From contig JAGXAL010000003.1 in the NCBI GenBank assembly GCA_018971605.1, forward strand, positions 1 to 54,712: a stretch of DNA of 54,712 nucleotides, in the 5' to 3' direction. Below the pieces are notes generated by a model, which was not told the origin of the DNA, searched no databases, and worked only from the letters and a program-made list of their open reading frames with translations. The DNA is from Natronospirales bacterium. GTDB taxonomy: Bacteria > Pseudomonadota > Gammaproteobacteria > Natronospirales > REEB76. Positions 40,193 to 49,966 of the stretch are shown one piece after another. Every line of letters starts with the position of its first letter. Positions within the stretch are counted from its first letter, which is position 1. The position numbers and the translations under genes are program-made.

Positions 40193-41359
40193 ATGCAGAC
40201 ATCAAGCAGAAAACCCGGCTTCGGCACGCGCGCCATCCACGCCGGCCAGTCGCCGGATCCCACGACCGGCGCAGTCATGCAGCCGATTTATGCGACTTCC
40301 ACGTATGCGCAGGAAAGCCCCGGCAAGCACAAGGGCTACGAGTACTCGCGCACCCAGAATCCCACACGCATGGCCTACGAGCGTTGCGTCGCCGACCTGG
40401 AAGGCGGCACACGCGGATTCGCCTTCGCCTCCGGTATGGCGGCGACCGCAACAGTGCTGGATTTGCTGGATTCCGGTAGTCACGTCATCGCCATGGACGA
40501 CATGTACGGCGGCACCTACCGGCTGTTCGAACGCGTGCGCAAGCGCTCGGCCGGGCTGAAGTTCAGCTTCGTGGATCTGCGTGAACGCCAGGCCCTGGAA
40601 GCTGCCATCCGTCCGGAAACCCGCCTGATCTGGGTGGAAACCCCGACCAATCCGCTGCTGAAACTGGTGGATCTGGACATGGTTGCGGAAGTCGCACGCC
40701 GGCACCAATTGCTGACGGTGTGCGATAACACCTTTGCCTCACCCTACAATCAGCGGCCCGTCGAGCACGGCTTCGACGTGGTGATGCATTCGGCCACCAA
40801 GTACCTCAACGGCCATTCCGACATGGTGGGCGGCATGCTGGTAGCGGGCGCACGCACCGAATTGGCGGAACAGCTGGCGTTCCTGCAGAACTCGGTGGGT
40901 GCGGTGGCGGGGCCGTTCGACAGCTTCCTGGCGTTGCGCGGCCTGAAGACGCTGGCGTTGCGCATGGAGCGTCACGCTGCCAATGCGCTGGAACTCGCCG
41001 GCTGGCTGGAAAAGCATCCGAAAATTGAACGCGTGATTTATCCGGGGCTGGCCAGTCATCCGCAGCATGCGCTGGCAAAAAAGCAGATGCGCAGCGGCAG
41101 CGGCATGCTCACGATTTTCCTCAAGGGCGGCGAGGCCGAAGCGCGGCGCTTTCTGGAGTGCTGCGAATTATTCACGCTGGCCGAGAGTCTCGGCGGCGTG
41201 GAAAGCCTGATCGAACATCCAGGCATCATGACGCACGCTTCGGTACCGGCTGAGACTCGCGCCAAGCTGGGCGTGAGCGATACGCTGGTGCGCTTGTCGG
41301 TGGGCGTGGAAGACGTGAATGATTTGCGCGCCGATCTGGAGCAGGCGCTGGCCTCTTGA
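40193..41359 (+). CDS. Cystathionine gamma-lyase/gamma-synthase
   Basis: YSRTQNPT, FASG, ETPTNP, DNTF, HSATKY (PLP Lys) and AESLGG; downstream of cbs. Confidence 0.92.
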   Translation: MQTSSRKPGFGTRAIHAGQSPDPTTGAVMQPIYATSTYAQESPGKHKGYEYSRTQNPTRMAYERCVADLEGGTRGFAFASGMAATATVLDLLDSGSHVIAMDDMYGGTYRLFERVRKRSAGLKFSFVDLRERQALEAAIRPETRLIWVETPTNPLLKLVDLDMVAEVARRHQLLTVCDNTFASPYNQRPVEHGFDVVMHSATKYLNGHSDMVGGMLVAGARTELAEQLAFLQNSVGAVAGPFDSFLALRGLKTLALRMERHAANALELAGWLEKHPKIERVIYPGLASHPQHALAKKQMRSGSGMLTIFLKGGEAEARRFLECCELFTLAESLGGVESLIEHPGIMTHASVPAETRAKLGVSDTLVRLSVGVEDVNDLRADLEQALAS

Positions 41360-41373
41360 TCGCGGTACCAATG

Positions 41374-41404
41374 AAAAGGGCAGGCTGTTTTACCAGCCTG
41401 CCCT
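41374..41404 (-). terminator. Intrinsic terminator between converging genes
   Basis: 11-bp stem AGGGCAGGCTG/CAGCCTGCCCT, followed by a short T-tract on the minus strand. Confidence 0.7.
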
Positions 41405-41483
41405 GTGCATAAACACTCTTGCCGCCCAAGGGCGGTCAACAAGCGACTCCGGCCTCCGCGACCGGATCCGCTGTCATCCGTGA

Positions 41484-41684
41484 TCAGTGTTTTGTAGTGG
41501 CTGCCGGCGCCATCGCCTTGGTTGAAGGCGCAGCTGCCGTGGAGGCCGCAGGCGCAGCCTTCGTGGAAGCAGCGGGAGCCGCAGCCGTGGAAGCCGCCGG
41601 AGCAGCGGTATTTTCAGGCTTGCTGCAGGCAGCCAAGCCACAGACCAGAACTGCAGCGGAAAGGACAATAAGATACTTCTTCAT
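41484..41684 (-). CDS. Small Ala/Pro/Ser/Thr-repeat lipoprotein
   Basis: MKK, hydrophobic core, lipobox LAAC, then three APAAST(A/K)A repeats; GGTGG upstream and a terminator downstream. Confidence 0.8.
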   Translation of the reverse strand: MKKYLIVLSAAVLVCGLAACSKPENTAAPAASTAAAPAASTKAAPAASTAAAPSTKAMAPAATTKH

Positions 41685-41873
41685 GTTAGTTCACCACCAG
41701 AATGTACGGGGAAGACGTAAGTTCATGATACTACTCGACGATTTGAATGCAAACCGTGCGATCGGGCGCAAATTTTAGCGAATCCCCGCTGAAAATCCCG
41801 GATTAGCATCGCATATATTTATTTTATTATTAGAATCATTGGGTTACATTCTGCGTTCGATTTCGAGGCGACC

Positions 41874-42554
41874 ATGCCCGCGCAAGTGCTCAATCTGCCC
41901 GCGATGACTGCAGCACAGGTCGCTGGAGATGTGCACGTAACCACACTCGTTCAGGCCATGGCCGGTGATTTCGTCAGACAGGGATGGGCCGTACGCGAAA
42001 ATTTTCTGGAGCTTGCGCGCTGGCAGGCGCTCGCCGCCGAGGCCGAGCAGCTTTGGGAGCAGGGTGCATTTCGCAAAGCGGGCATCGGCCGCGTGGCGGC
42101 ACAGCACGTGGACGCCGGAATTCGCGGTGATTACACCCTGTGGCTGGACGCGCAGCGGACTTCGGCTGCCACCGGGTTTGTGGCGCGCGAACTGGAAGCG
42201 CTGCGCAGCACGCTGAATGCTGCCGCCTATCTGGGCCTGTTCGAGTTTGAAGGGCATTTCGCCAGGTATCCCGCGGATGCCCGCTATGCGCGCCATCTCG
42301 ATCAGCCGGGCGGCAGCGAGGCGCGCCGCGTCTCCGTGGTTTTGTATCTGAACGCTGACTGGCAAGCCGGCGACGGTGGCGAGTTGTGTTTGTATCCGTC
42401 CGGGCCACTGCAAGCGACTGCGGCAACTGCCGTCAGGGTACTGCCGCGCGGCGGCACACTCGCGATATTCGCAAGCGCCGATACGCACCACGAAGTGCGG
42501 ACGGCGCGGCGTGCACGTTTGAGCTTGAGCGGCTGGCTGCGCAGCCGCGCTTGA
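41874..42554 (+). CDS. 2OG-Fe(II) oxygenase, PHD/EGLN (SM-20)-like prolyl hydroxylase family
   Basis: IRGDYTLWL, YARHLD (HxD), VLYLNADW..GDGGEL, HEV and RLSLSGW. Confidence 0.9.
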   Translation: MPAQVLNLPAMTAAQVAGDVHVTTLVQAMAGDFVRQGWAVRENFLELARWQALAAEAEQLWEQGAFRKAGIGRVAAQHVDAGIRGDYTLWLDAQRTSAATGFVARELEALRSTLNAAAYLGLFEFEGHFARYPADARYARHLDQPGGSEARRVSVVLYLNADWQAGDGGELCLYPSGPLQATAATAVRVLPRGGTLAIFASADTHHEVRTARRARLSLSGWLRSRA

Positions 42555-42612
42555 AGGCGCATCGGTCCTCGGGCACACTGACTTGGCAAGCACGCGTCCT
42601 AGAGAGTTCGCC

Positions 42613-43500
42613 ATGTTTCAACTGGATTCCGCGCCACTACGGCCCACCAGTGTCTGGTTACGGGGCCTGGAGCTCGGCTGGCTGGCATTCGGACGCTTGT
42701 TCGGGCTGGCGGCGCTGTTCGGCCTGATAGGCCTGTTGCCGACGTTTTACATCGCCGGGCGCCTGGGCGATACCACGCTCACACGCGACAGCCTGCTGCA
42801 ACTGCTGCGCGCACCGCATTTCGTCATGAATTTTCTGCTGCTGGAGTTGCTGGTGCTGGTGTGCGGTTCGTTTGTGAACGCCCTCATCATCCGCAGAGTC
42901 GAGCGCACGGCGAGCCGCGCCGCCGCGGCACGCGATCTGCGTTTTGTCACGGGCAAGCTGCCCGCACTGATACTGGCCGGAATCCTCGCGACCCTCACCT
43001 TGTTGATAGGCATGCTGATTGCGGCAGTGGTGGGCGGTATTCTCGGCGCGCTCGCGACCAGTGCCTTGGGCCGCGCGGCAGCGGTGGGGATTGCACAAAT
43101 CTGTGTGCTCGCGGCCATGCTGTTCATCATGGTCAATCTGATGTTCTTCCCGTTTGCCATCGTGCTTGACAGCAAGGGTCCGGTCGCGGCGCTGAACCAC
43201 AGCAGCGCCCTGGTCTGGCGCAACTGGTGGCGCACGTTCTTGGTGCTCTTGATCACGGTGGCAGCGGTCGCGGTATGCGCCGCGGTAGTGATGCTGCTGT
43301 TGTCGTTGCCGCTGGCATCGTGGTGGCATACGTTGGCCGACGCGGATACCGGCCGCTCGCTGCTGATAAAAGGCGTGCTGCGGCTGGTGGCTACCGCGGT
43401 ATTCATGCCTTTCATAATCGCGATTCTGTACGTCCTGTATCGTGATCTCAGGCTGCGGCACACACCGCCGGTGGCGCCGACGGCGAGCTTGCAAGCCTGA
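42613..43500 (+). CDS. Polytopic membrane protein (YciC/UPF0259-like)
   Basis: About six hydrophobic helices; FAIVLDSKGPVAALNHSSALVWRNWWR and LYRDLRLR. Confidence 0.72.
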   Translation: MFQLDSAPLRPTSVWLRGLELGWLAFGRLFGLAALFGLIGLLPTFYIAGRLGDTTLTRDSLLQLLRAPHFVMNFLLLELLVLVCGSFVNALIIRRVERTASRAAAARDLRFVTGKLPALILAGILATLTLLIGMLIAAVVGGILGALATSALGRAAAVGIAQICVLAAMLFIMVNLMFFPFAIVLDSKGPVAALNHSSALVWRNWWRTFLVLLITVAAVAVCAAVVMLLLSLPLASWWHTLADADTGRSLLIKGVLRLVATAVFMPFIIAILYVLYRDLRLRHTPPVAPTASLQA

Positions 43501-44253
43501 GTGCCCTTGGGCGCAACGGCCAAGCCATTGCAACTTCCGATCGGCGCAGCGCTTGAGGAAGGCTGGCGCCTGTTTCTCAAGTCACTGCCGGCGGTTTTTC
43601 TGCCGCTATGGGCTGCCTGTCTTGTGGATGCGCTGCCGGGAGTCTTCGGCGGCGGTGGCCTGCTGAATTTCCAGCTTACGCGCAACGTCATTCTGATCAC
43701 GGTTCTTTGCTGGCTCGTGGAGAGCGGGCTGTACGGCGCGGCCATCCTGCGCATGGACGCGTGCGCCGCCGGAGTCACGCGGTCTTATGCGGATAGCTTG
43801 CGAGCCGGCGCAGGTGCGGCGCTGACCATCCTGGTCGGAGATTTGTTATACAACCTCGCCACTTGGGTCGGTTTTTTTCTTTTGATCCTGCCGGGGGTGA
43901 TTCTGGGCACCACGCTGGCGTTCTTCGCCTGTGCCGCGGTGTTGGATCGCAAAAACATCGTGGAGGTGATCGGTTACAGCCACCGGCTCGCCCGGCCGCA
44001 ATGGTGGCGGAGTTCGGCGGTGCTGTCGGCGCCCGCGATCGTGCTGCTGGTCTACGACGTGATTGCCGGCTGGCCCGACATCATGAGCGCGGTACGGCAG
44101 CTGAGTTCCGGAAACCTGTCGCCCGCGGCGTCACCGGTGAATTTATGGTACGACTTGGGATTGATGCCCGTGGTCGGTGCTTTGGTCTGGTGTTACGTGC
44201 TCGCCGTCGTCTACGTGCAATACCGCAATCTCAAAGCCCGCGCCCGAATCTGA
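43501..44253 (+). CDS. Polytopic membrane protein (YciC/UPF0259-like), related to the upstream gene
   Basis: FFLLILPGV, AAVLDRKN...SHRLARPQWWR and QYRNLKAR; starts immediately after the previous stop. Confidence 0.72.
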   Translation: MPLGATAKPLQLPIGAALEEGWRLFLKSLPAVFLPLWAACLVDALPGVFGGGGLLNFQLTRNVILITVLCWLVESGLYGAAILRMDACAAGVTRSYADSLRAGAGAALTILVGDLLYNLATWVGFFLLILPGVILGTTLAFFACAAVLDRKNIVEVIGYSHRLARPQWWRSSAVLSAPAIVLLVYDVIAGWPDIMSAVRQLSSGNLSPAASPVNLWYDLGLMPVVGALVWCYVLAVVYVQYRNLKARARI

Positions 44254-44283
44254 AAAATCCAGTCACGGATTTTTCAGCATGCA

Positions 44284-45369
44284 TCAACTGGCCGCCATCT
44301 CCGCGAGTTGTTCCGTCTGGTATTCGTTCATGAGCGGCACGATCAGCTCGTCCAGCTTGCCCTGCAAAACGTCATCCAGCTTGTAGAGCGTGAGGTTGAT
44401 GCGATGATCGGTGACCCGGCCTTGCGGGAAATTGTAGGTGCGGATGCGTTCGGAGCGGTCGCCGCTGCCGACCTGCAGCTTGCGTGATTGCGCCTGGGCG
44501 CTACGCTGCTTCTCGCGCTCGGCGTTCAGCAGTTTGGCTTTCAACAAGGACATGGCGCGCGCACGGTTTTTGTGCTGGGAGCGCTCGTCCTGGCATTCCA
44601 CCACGATGCCGCTGGGGATATGCGTCAAACGTATGGCGGAATCGGTCTTGTTGACGTGCTGGCCGCCGGCCCCCGAGGAACGATAGGTGTCCACCTTGAG
44701 ATCGGCGGTGTTGATTTCGACATCGTCCACGGCTTCGACTTCCGGCAGGATGGCCACGGTGCAGGCGGAGGTATGGATGCGCCCCTGGGCTTCGGTTTGC
44801 GGCACGCGCTGCACCCGGTGGACTCCGGATTCGAATTTCAGGCGTGAATACGCGCCCTGTCCGATGACGCGGGTGATGATCTCCTTGTAGCCGCCGTGCT
44901 CGCCGGAATTTTCACTCAGCACTTCCAGACGCCAGCCGCGCGCCTCACTGTAGCGGGCGTACATGCGGAACAGGTCGCCGGCGAACAACGCGGCCTCACC
45001 GCCGCCGGTGCCTGCGCGGATCTCCAGGAACAGATTGCCGCTGTCGTGCGGATCGCTCGGCAGCAGCAGCGCCAGCAATTGCGGCTCCAGCACCGCCAGC
45101 CGCGCCCGAGCCGCGTGCTGTTCCTCGGCCGCCAGCGTACGCAGTGCCACGTCGCGATCCTGCACCATGGTTTCCGCGCTGCGCAGATCGCCTTCGGCCG
45201 CCTGCCAAGCGCGGAAATTGGCCGCCAGCGGCTCCAGCCGGGCGTATTCCTGCGACAGTTCGCGGAATTGCTTTTGGTCGCGGATGACCGCCGGGCTGGC
45301 CAGTAACGCCGCCAGTTCTACATGACGAGCTTGCAGCTTCTCGAGTTTCAGACGGAGGGAATCCTTCAT
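44284..45369 (-). CDS. prfA: Peptide chain release factor 1
   Basis: [15 protein letters not shown] (PxT), GAGGQHVN and RTYNFPQGR. Confidence 0.98.
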   Translation of the reverse strand: MKDSLRLKLEKLQARHVELAALLASPAVIRDQKQFRELSQEYARLEPLAANFRAWQAAEGDLRSAETMVQDRDVALRTLAAEEQHAARARLAVLEPQLLALLLPSDPHDSGNLFLEIRAGTGGGEAALFAGDLFRMYARYSEARGWRLEVLSENSGEHGGYKEIITRVIGQGAYSRLKFESGVHRVQRVPQTEAQGRIHTSACTVAILPEVEAVDDVEINTADLKVDTYRSSGAGGQHVNKTDSAIRLTHIPSGIVVECQDERSQHKNRARAMSLLKAKLLNAEREKQRSAQAQSRKLQVGSGDRSERIRTYNFPQGRVTDHRINLTLYKLDDVLQGKLDELIVPLMNEYQTEQLAEMAAS

Positions 45370-45375
45370 GGATGT

Positions 45376-46662
45376 TCAGCGGTGCTCGTCTGAATCGTCA
45401 TCCGCACCATCCTCTTTGAGGCCGAACAGCTCGTGGGCTTCGCGGATGATGTGGTCGCGGCCTTCGTGCGCCGCCTTGCGCAGATACGCCGTGGGGGCGT
45501 GCAGCAGGCGGTTGGTGAGGGTTTCCGCCAGAAACTTGAGGGCAGCCTCGGAGGTGGCGCCGCCGGCCAGTAGATGCTGCGCCTGCTCCAGCGTGTGGTC
45601 GCGCAGGCTTGCGGCATTGTCACGCAAGGCGCGGATGGTCGGCACCGCATCCAGCCCGCGCAGCTGCTCCATGAATTGCGCAACCTGGGTCTCGATGATG
45701 CCTTCGGCTTCGTGCGCCGCGGCCTGGCGCGAGCGCAGGTTGTTTTCCACGGTGCCGTGCAGATCGTCGATGGTGAACAGGTAGACGTCCGGCAGCTTGG
45801 CCACCGCCGGTTCCACGTCGCGCGGCACGGCGATGTCGAGTATCAGCAGCGGCCGGTGTTTGCGGCTCTTGAACGCCGTGACTACGGCAGTGTGCGTGAG
45901 GATGGGCTCGGGGCTGCTGGTGGAGGCAATCACGATGTCGGCCTCGTCCAGATGCGCGGGGATTTCGTGCAGGCCGATGGCATAGCCGCCGAAGCGCATG
46001 GCGAGCGCGTGCGCGCGGCTGAGCGTGCGGTTGGCGACAATCAGCCGGCGCGCCCCCTGTTCGCGCAGATGATGGGCTACGAGTTCGCTGGTTTCGCCGG
46101 CGCCGATCAACAGCGGTGTGAGTTCGCGGAAATCCGCGAAGATGCGACGCGCCAGGTGCACGGTGGCGTAGGCCACGGACAGCGGGTTCTCGCCGATGGC
46201 GGTGTCGGTGCGCACCAGCTTGGCGACTGTAAAGGCGAATTGGAACAGGCGGTGCAGGTGCTGGCCGGCGACACCGCCGTGCTGCGCCAACTCGTAGGCC
46301 TGCTTGATCTGGCCGAGAATCTGCGGCTCTCCCAGGATCACCGAATCCAGGCCGCAGGCCACGCGGAACAGGTGACGCGCCACGGCTTCGCCCTGATGAA
46401 CGTAGAAGCGGGCGCGCACATCCGGATCGTCGGCGCTGCGCACCTGTGTCAGCCAGTCGGTCAGGCGAGTGCCGGCGCCATCTTCGAGGTAGGCATAAAT
46501 CTCAGTGCGGTTGCAGGTGGACAGGATCGCGGTTTCGTGGACTCCGGCAAGCGCCGCGGCGCCATGCAAGGCCGCGGGGATTTGCTCGGCGTCGAAACTC
46601 AGGCGTTCGCGCAGGGCGACCGGTGCGGTGGCGTGACTGATACCGAGGGCGAAGAGTGGCAT
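45376..46662 (-). CDS. hemA: Glutamyl-tRNA reductase
   Basis: STCNRTE, GEPQILGQ, IGAGE and DIAVPRD. Confidence 0.98.
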   Translation of the reverse strand: MPLFALGISHATAPVALRERLSFDAEQIPAALHGAAALAGVHETAILSTCNRTEIYAYLEDGAGTRLTDWLTQVRSADDPDVRARFYVHQGEAVARHLFRVACGLDSVILGEPQILGQIKQAYELAQHGGVAGQHLHRLFQFAFTVAKLVRTDTAIGENPLSVAYATVHLARRIFADFRELTPLLIGAGETSELVAHHLREQGARRLIVANRTLSRAHALAMRFGGYAIGLHEIPAHLDEADIVIASTSSPEPILTHTAVVTAFKSRKHRPLLILDIAVPRDVEPAVAKLPDVYLFTIDDLHGTVENNLRSRQAAAHEAEGIIETQVAQFMEQLRGLDAVPTIRALRDNAASLRDHTLEQAQHLLAGGATSEAALKFLAETLTNRLLHAPTAYLRKAAHEGRDHIIREAHELFGLKEDGADDDSDEHR

Positions 46663-46794
46663 GGCGTTCGAATCGGGCAGGGATGCAGATTTTGGGCGAA
46701 TTTTTGCGTTCTAACAAGCACTTGCGACCGGCACTCTCTGGGGCGGCAGCGGGCGGCAGAGTATAGTGGCATCAGCAGGAGTCAGTGGCATTGC

Positions 46795-48480
46795 ATGAAA
46801 GCGGTTTTTCTTGCCGGTCTCGGAATTTTAACCTTGGCTTTCGCGGGCTGCGCGACTGCGCCTGCGCCGCGCCTGGCGATACCCGCGCCCGGTAATCCGG
46901 CAAGCGGCCCGGCCGAGTCTCTCACCTACCACGTATTCATGGGCGAGCTCGCCTGGCAGCGCGGCGAGCGCCGGATCGCGGTGCAGCAATATGCACAGGC
47001 TGCACGCCTGAGCAGCAATCCGAAGCTCGCTGAACATGCCGCGGTGATGGCGTTCCGCTCGGGCGACGATGCGCTGGCGTTGTCGCTCAGCCGTCACTGG
47101 CTGGAGCTCGACCCGAAAAATACCGATGCGCGCCAGCTCGAGGCGGTCCTCGATACCCGGCTCGGCAACACCGCTGCCGCCACCCGCGAATTTGAAGCTC
47201 TGTTGCACGATCTGCCCGGCTATAACTTGCTGCTGGTTGGCGACCTGCTCGGCAAGGAAGCCGGTGCGCAATCCAGCCTGCCCGTCATGCAGAAGCTCGT
47301 GGCTGCACAGGCGCAGTCCGCTGACGCCCATTTTGCGCTGGCGCGGCTGGCACTGCAGGCCGGGCAGCCGCAACTGGCAGTGAGCGAGGCGCAACGCAGC
47401 GTGGCGCTCACGCCTGACTGGAATCAGGCCGTGGTGCTGGAAGCGCAGGCATTGGTGGCGGCGGGCCAGCCACACGCCGCCGCGCAACTGCTGCAGGCGC
47501 GTGTCAAGGCGGCCCCCGCTGATACCGACCTGCATCTCGCGTATGCGGGGCTGCTGGCGCAGACCGGACAAGACAATGCGGCGCGCGATGAATTCAATGC
47601 GGTGCTCAAACAGCACCCGCGCAATGCCGATGCGCTGTATGCGCTCGGGCTGCTGGCTTTGCAGGCGAATCAATGGGAGCCGGCGCGTGCTTATTTCATG
47701 CGCTTGCTGGCTACCGGAAAGCGCAAGAACGATGCGTTTTTCTTCCTTGGTGACACCGCGGAAGAGGCCGGGCAATACCTGACGGCGTTGCAGTGGTATC
47801 AGCGGGTGGATGGCGGCCAGTACTGGCTGCCGGCGCAGATCGCCACCGCCCGCGTGCTGTTGCAACAGCACAAGTCCGCGGAGGCCCGCGGCTATATCGA
47901 CAAACTGGTGGCTGACGACACGGACGATGCCGTGCAGTTGCGGCTGGCCGAAGCGCAGCTGTTCAGCGGCAGCGGCGATGATCCGACGGCGCTCGCAATC
48001 TTCGATCAGGCGCTCGCGGAAAATCCGGGCAACACCGATTTGCTCTACAGCCGCGCGCTGTTGCGCGAAAACCTGGGGCAGGTGGCACAGGCGGAAGACG
48101 ACCTGCGCCTGATTCTCAACCGCCAACCGGACAATGCCGACGCCCTCAATGCCCTGGGCTACACCTTGACGGTGTATTCCACGCAGTATCAGGAAGCGCG
48201 CACTTATATAGAGAAAGCGCTGCAGCTCAAGCCGGGCGATCCCGCCATCATGGACAGCATGGGCTGGGTGGAGTACCGGCTGGGTAATTATCCGCAGGCA
48301 CTGGGTTATCTGCGCAAGGCTTACACGCAGCTTGCCGACCCGGACGTGGCAGCGCACCTGAGCGCAACCTTGCTGGCCGTCGGCGACAAGCAGGAAGCGC
48401 GTGCCGTGTGGGACTCGGCTCTCAAGCAACATCCGGATAACAGGGCGTTGCTGAAACTGCGGCCGCGTTTTACACGATGA
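46795..48480 (+). CDS. TPR-repeat lipoprotein (conserved upstream of lolB)
   Basis: ATG 46795, lipobox FAGC, many TPRs, ALNALGYTL and DSMGWVEYRLG. Confidence 0.9.
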   Translation: MKAVFLAGLGILTLAFAGCATAPAPRLAIPAPGNPASGPAESLTYHVFMGELAWQRGERRIAVQQYAQAARLSSNPKLAEHAAVMAFRSGDDALALSLSRHWLELDPKNTDARQLEAVLDTRLGNTAAATREFEALLHDLPGYNLLLVGDLLGKEAGAQSSLPVMQKLVAAQAQSADAHFALARLALQAGQPQLAVSEAQRSVALTPDWNQAVVLEAQALVAAGQPHAAAQLLQARVKAAPADTDLHLAYAGLLAQTGQDNAARDEFNAVLKQHPRNADALYALGLLALQANQWEPARAYFMRLLATGKRKNDAFFFLGDTAEEAGQYLTALQWYQRVDGGQYWLPAQIATARVLLQQHKSAEARGYIDKLVADDTDDAVQLRLAEAQLFSGSGDDPTALAIFDQALAENPGNTDLLYSRALLRENLGQVAQAEDDLRLILNRQPDNADALNALGYTLTVYSTQYQEARTYIEKALQLKPGDPAIMDSMGWVEYRLGNYPQALGYLRKAYTQLADPDVAAHLSATLLAVGDKQEARAVWDSALKQHPDNRALLKLRPRFTR

Positions 48481-49109
48481 GAGTCCGCGACCTGTGCGCT
48501 GCCAGTCTGTTGCTGCTGGCGGGCTGCACCAGCGTGCCGGGCACGGCGCCCGAAGGCCCGCCCAACGAAGCCGCCTGGCAGGCGCGCTCCGCGCAATTAC
48601 AGAAACTGAGCGATTGGGAATTGCAGGGACGCGTCGGCATCGTCAGCGGCCAGCACGGCGGCAGCGGCTCCATGGACTGGCGCCAGCAGGGCGCGCAAGT
48701 GGCCTTCAGCTTCCGCGGGCCCTTTGGTGCGGGCACACTCGAGGTGCGCGGTGACACGCAAGCGCTGCGGGTACGCAGCTCGCACGGCGATGATTTTCTT
48801 ACTACCGATCCCGAAAAGGATTTCGCCGTGCGCTTCAGGGTGCCGTTGCCGGTGCTGAGCATGCGCTACTGGATGTTGGGGCTGCCGGATCCGGGCGCGC
48901 CGTTTGCCAAGACCGTGGACGCTCATGGGCAACTGGTTACCTTGGCGCAGCGTGGCTGGCAGGTGGATTACCAGGATTACGCCAAATTCGGCGGTTACGA
49001 TCTGCCCACGCGCCTGCTGATCCGGCGCGAGGACACGCGCATCAAAGTCGCAGTGAATGACTGGCTGGTGGGGCCGGCCATCAGCAACACGCCTGCGCAT
49101 CCACAATGA
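48477..49109 (+). CDS. lolB: Outer membrane lipoprotein LolB
   Basis: Lipobox LAGC, WELQGR, LP...YWMLGLP and GWQVDY; precedes ispE. Confidence 0.93.
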   Translation: MRVRDLCAASLLLLAGCTSVPGTAPEGPPNEAAWQARSAQLQKLSDWELQGRVGIVSGQHGGSGSMDWRQQGAQVAFSFRGPFGAGTLEVRGDTQALRVRSSHGDDFLTTDPEKDFAVRFRVPLPVLSMRYWMLGLPDPGAPFAKTVDAHGQLVTLAQRGWQVDYQDYAKFGGYDLPTRLLIRREDTRIKVAVNDWLVGPAISNTPAHPQ

Positions 49110-49966
49110 GCGCCGCCGTCAGCCGCGGCTGGCCGGCGCCCGCCAAACTCAATTTGTTCCTGCACGTCACCGGTCGGCGTGCCGACGGTTATCACCTCCT
49201 GCAAACGCTGTTCCAGTTCCTGGATCACGGCGACACGCTGGATTTTGAATTACGCGCCGATGGACGCATCACCCGGCCGACCGGGCCCGGGGAGATTGCC
49301 GAAGCCGAGGATCTGGTGGTGCGTGCGGCGCAACTGCTGCGCGAATCGAGCGGTGTGCGTCACGGCGTGGACATCCATCTGCACAAGCGTCTGCCGCATC
49401 AGGCTGGTCTGGGCGGCGGCAGTTCGGATGCCGCGACCACCCTGGTGGCGCTCAACCGGTTGTGGGCTGCCGGCTTGGATACCGAGGCACTTGCCGCGCT
49501 GGCGCTGGAACTCGGAGCCGATGTGCCGGTATTCGTGCGCGGGCGAGCGGCCTGGGCGGAAGGTGTGGGCGAAATTCTGACCCCGGTGGACCTGCCGGAA
49601 CCGTGGTATCTGGTGCTGCAACCCGGCTGCAGCGTCGCCACGCGCGAGGTATTCCAGGCCCCTGATTTGACACGAAATTCCGCGGCAATCACAATAGCGC
49701 GCTTTTACGCGGGCGAGGGCCAAAACGATTTCGAGCCGGTGGTGCGCAAGCGCTATCCGCCAGTCGCGCAAGCCCTGGATTGGCTGGGCCAGAGGGCGCC
49801 GGCACGTCTGACGGGTTCGGGCGCCTGCGTGTTTGCCGCTTTTGAGAGTGAAAACGCCGCGCGACTTGTGTTGAGCGCGTTACCGCAAGCTTGGCAGGGG
49901 TTTGTCGCCCGCGGGCGTAATCGTTCGCCCTTGCTGGACCGATTAGCACAATCGGCTACTGAATGA
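49106..49966 (+). CDS. ispE: 4-diphosphocytidyl-2-C-methyl-D-erythritol kinase
   Basis: PAKLNLFL, GLGGGSSDAA, LGADVP and LTGSG. Confidence 0.98.
   Translation: MSAAVSRGWPAPAKLNLFLHVTGRRADGYHLLQTLFQFLDHGDTLDFELRADGRITRPTGPGEIAEAEDLVVRAAQLLRESSGVRHGVDIHLHKRLPHQAGLGGGSSDAATTLVALNRLWAAGLDTEALAALALELGADVPVFVRGRAAWAEGVGEILTPVDLPEPWYLVLQPGCSVATREVFQAPDLTRNSAAITIARFYAGEGQNDFEPVVRKRYPPVAQALDWLGQRAPARLTGSGACVFAAFESENAARLVLSALPQAWQGFVARGRNRSPLLDRLAQSATE

Noticed and set aside
45574-46794. 968-aa giant TPR protein
   Set aside because: The first 407 codons are mostly antisense to hemA; the signal peptide begins at 46795.
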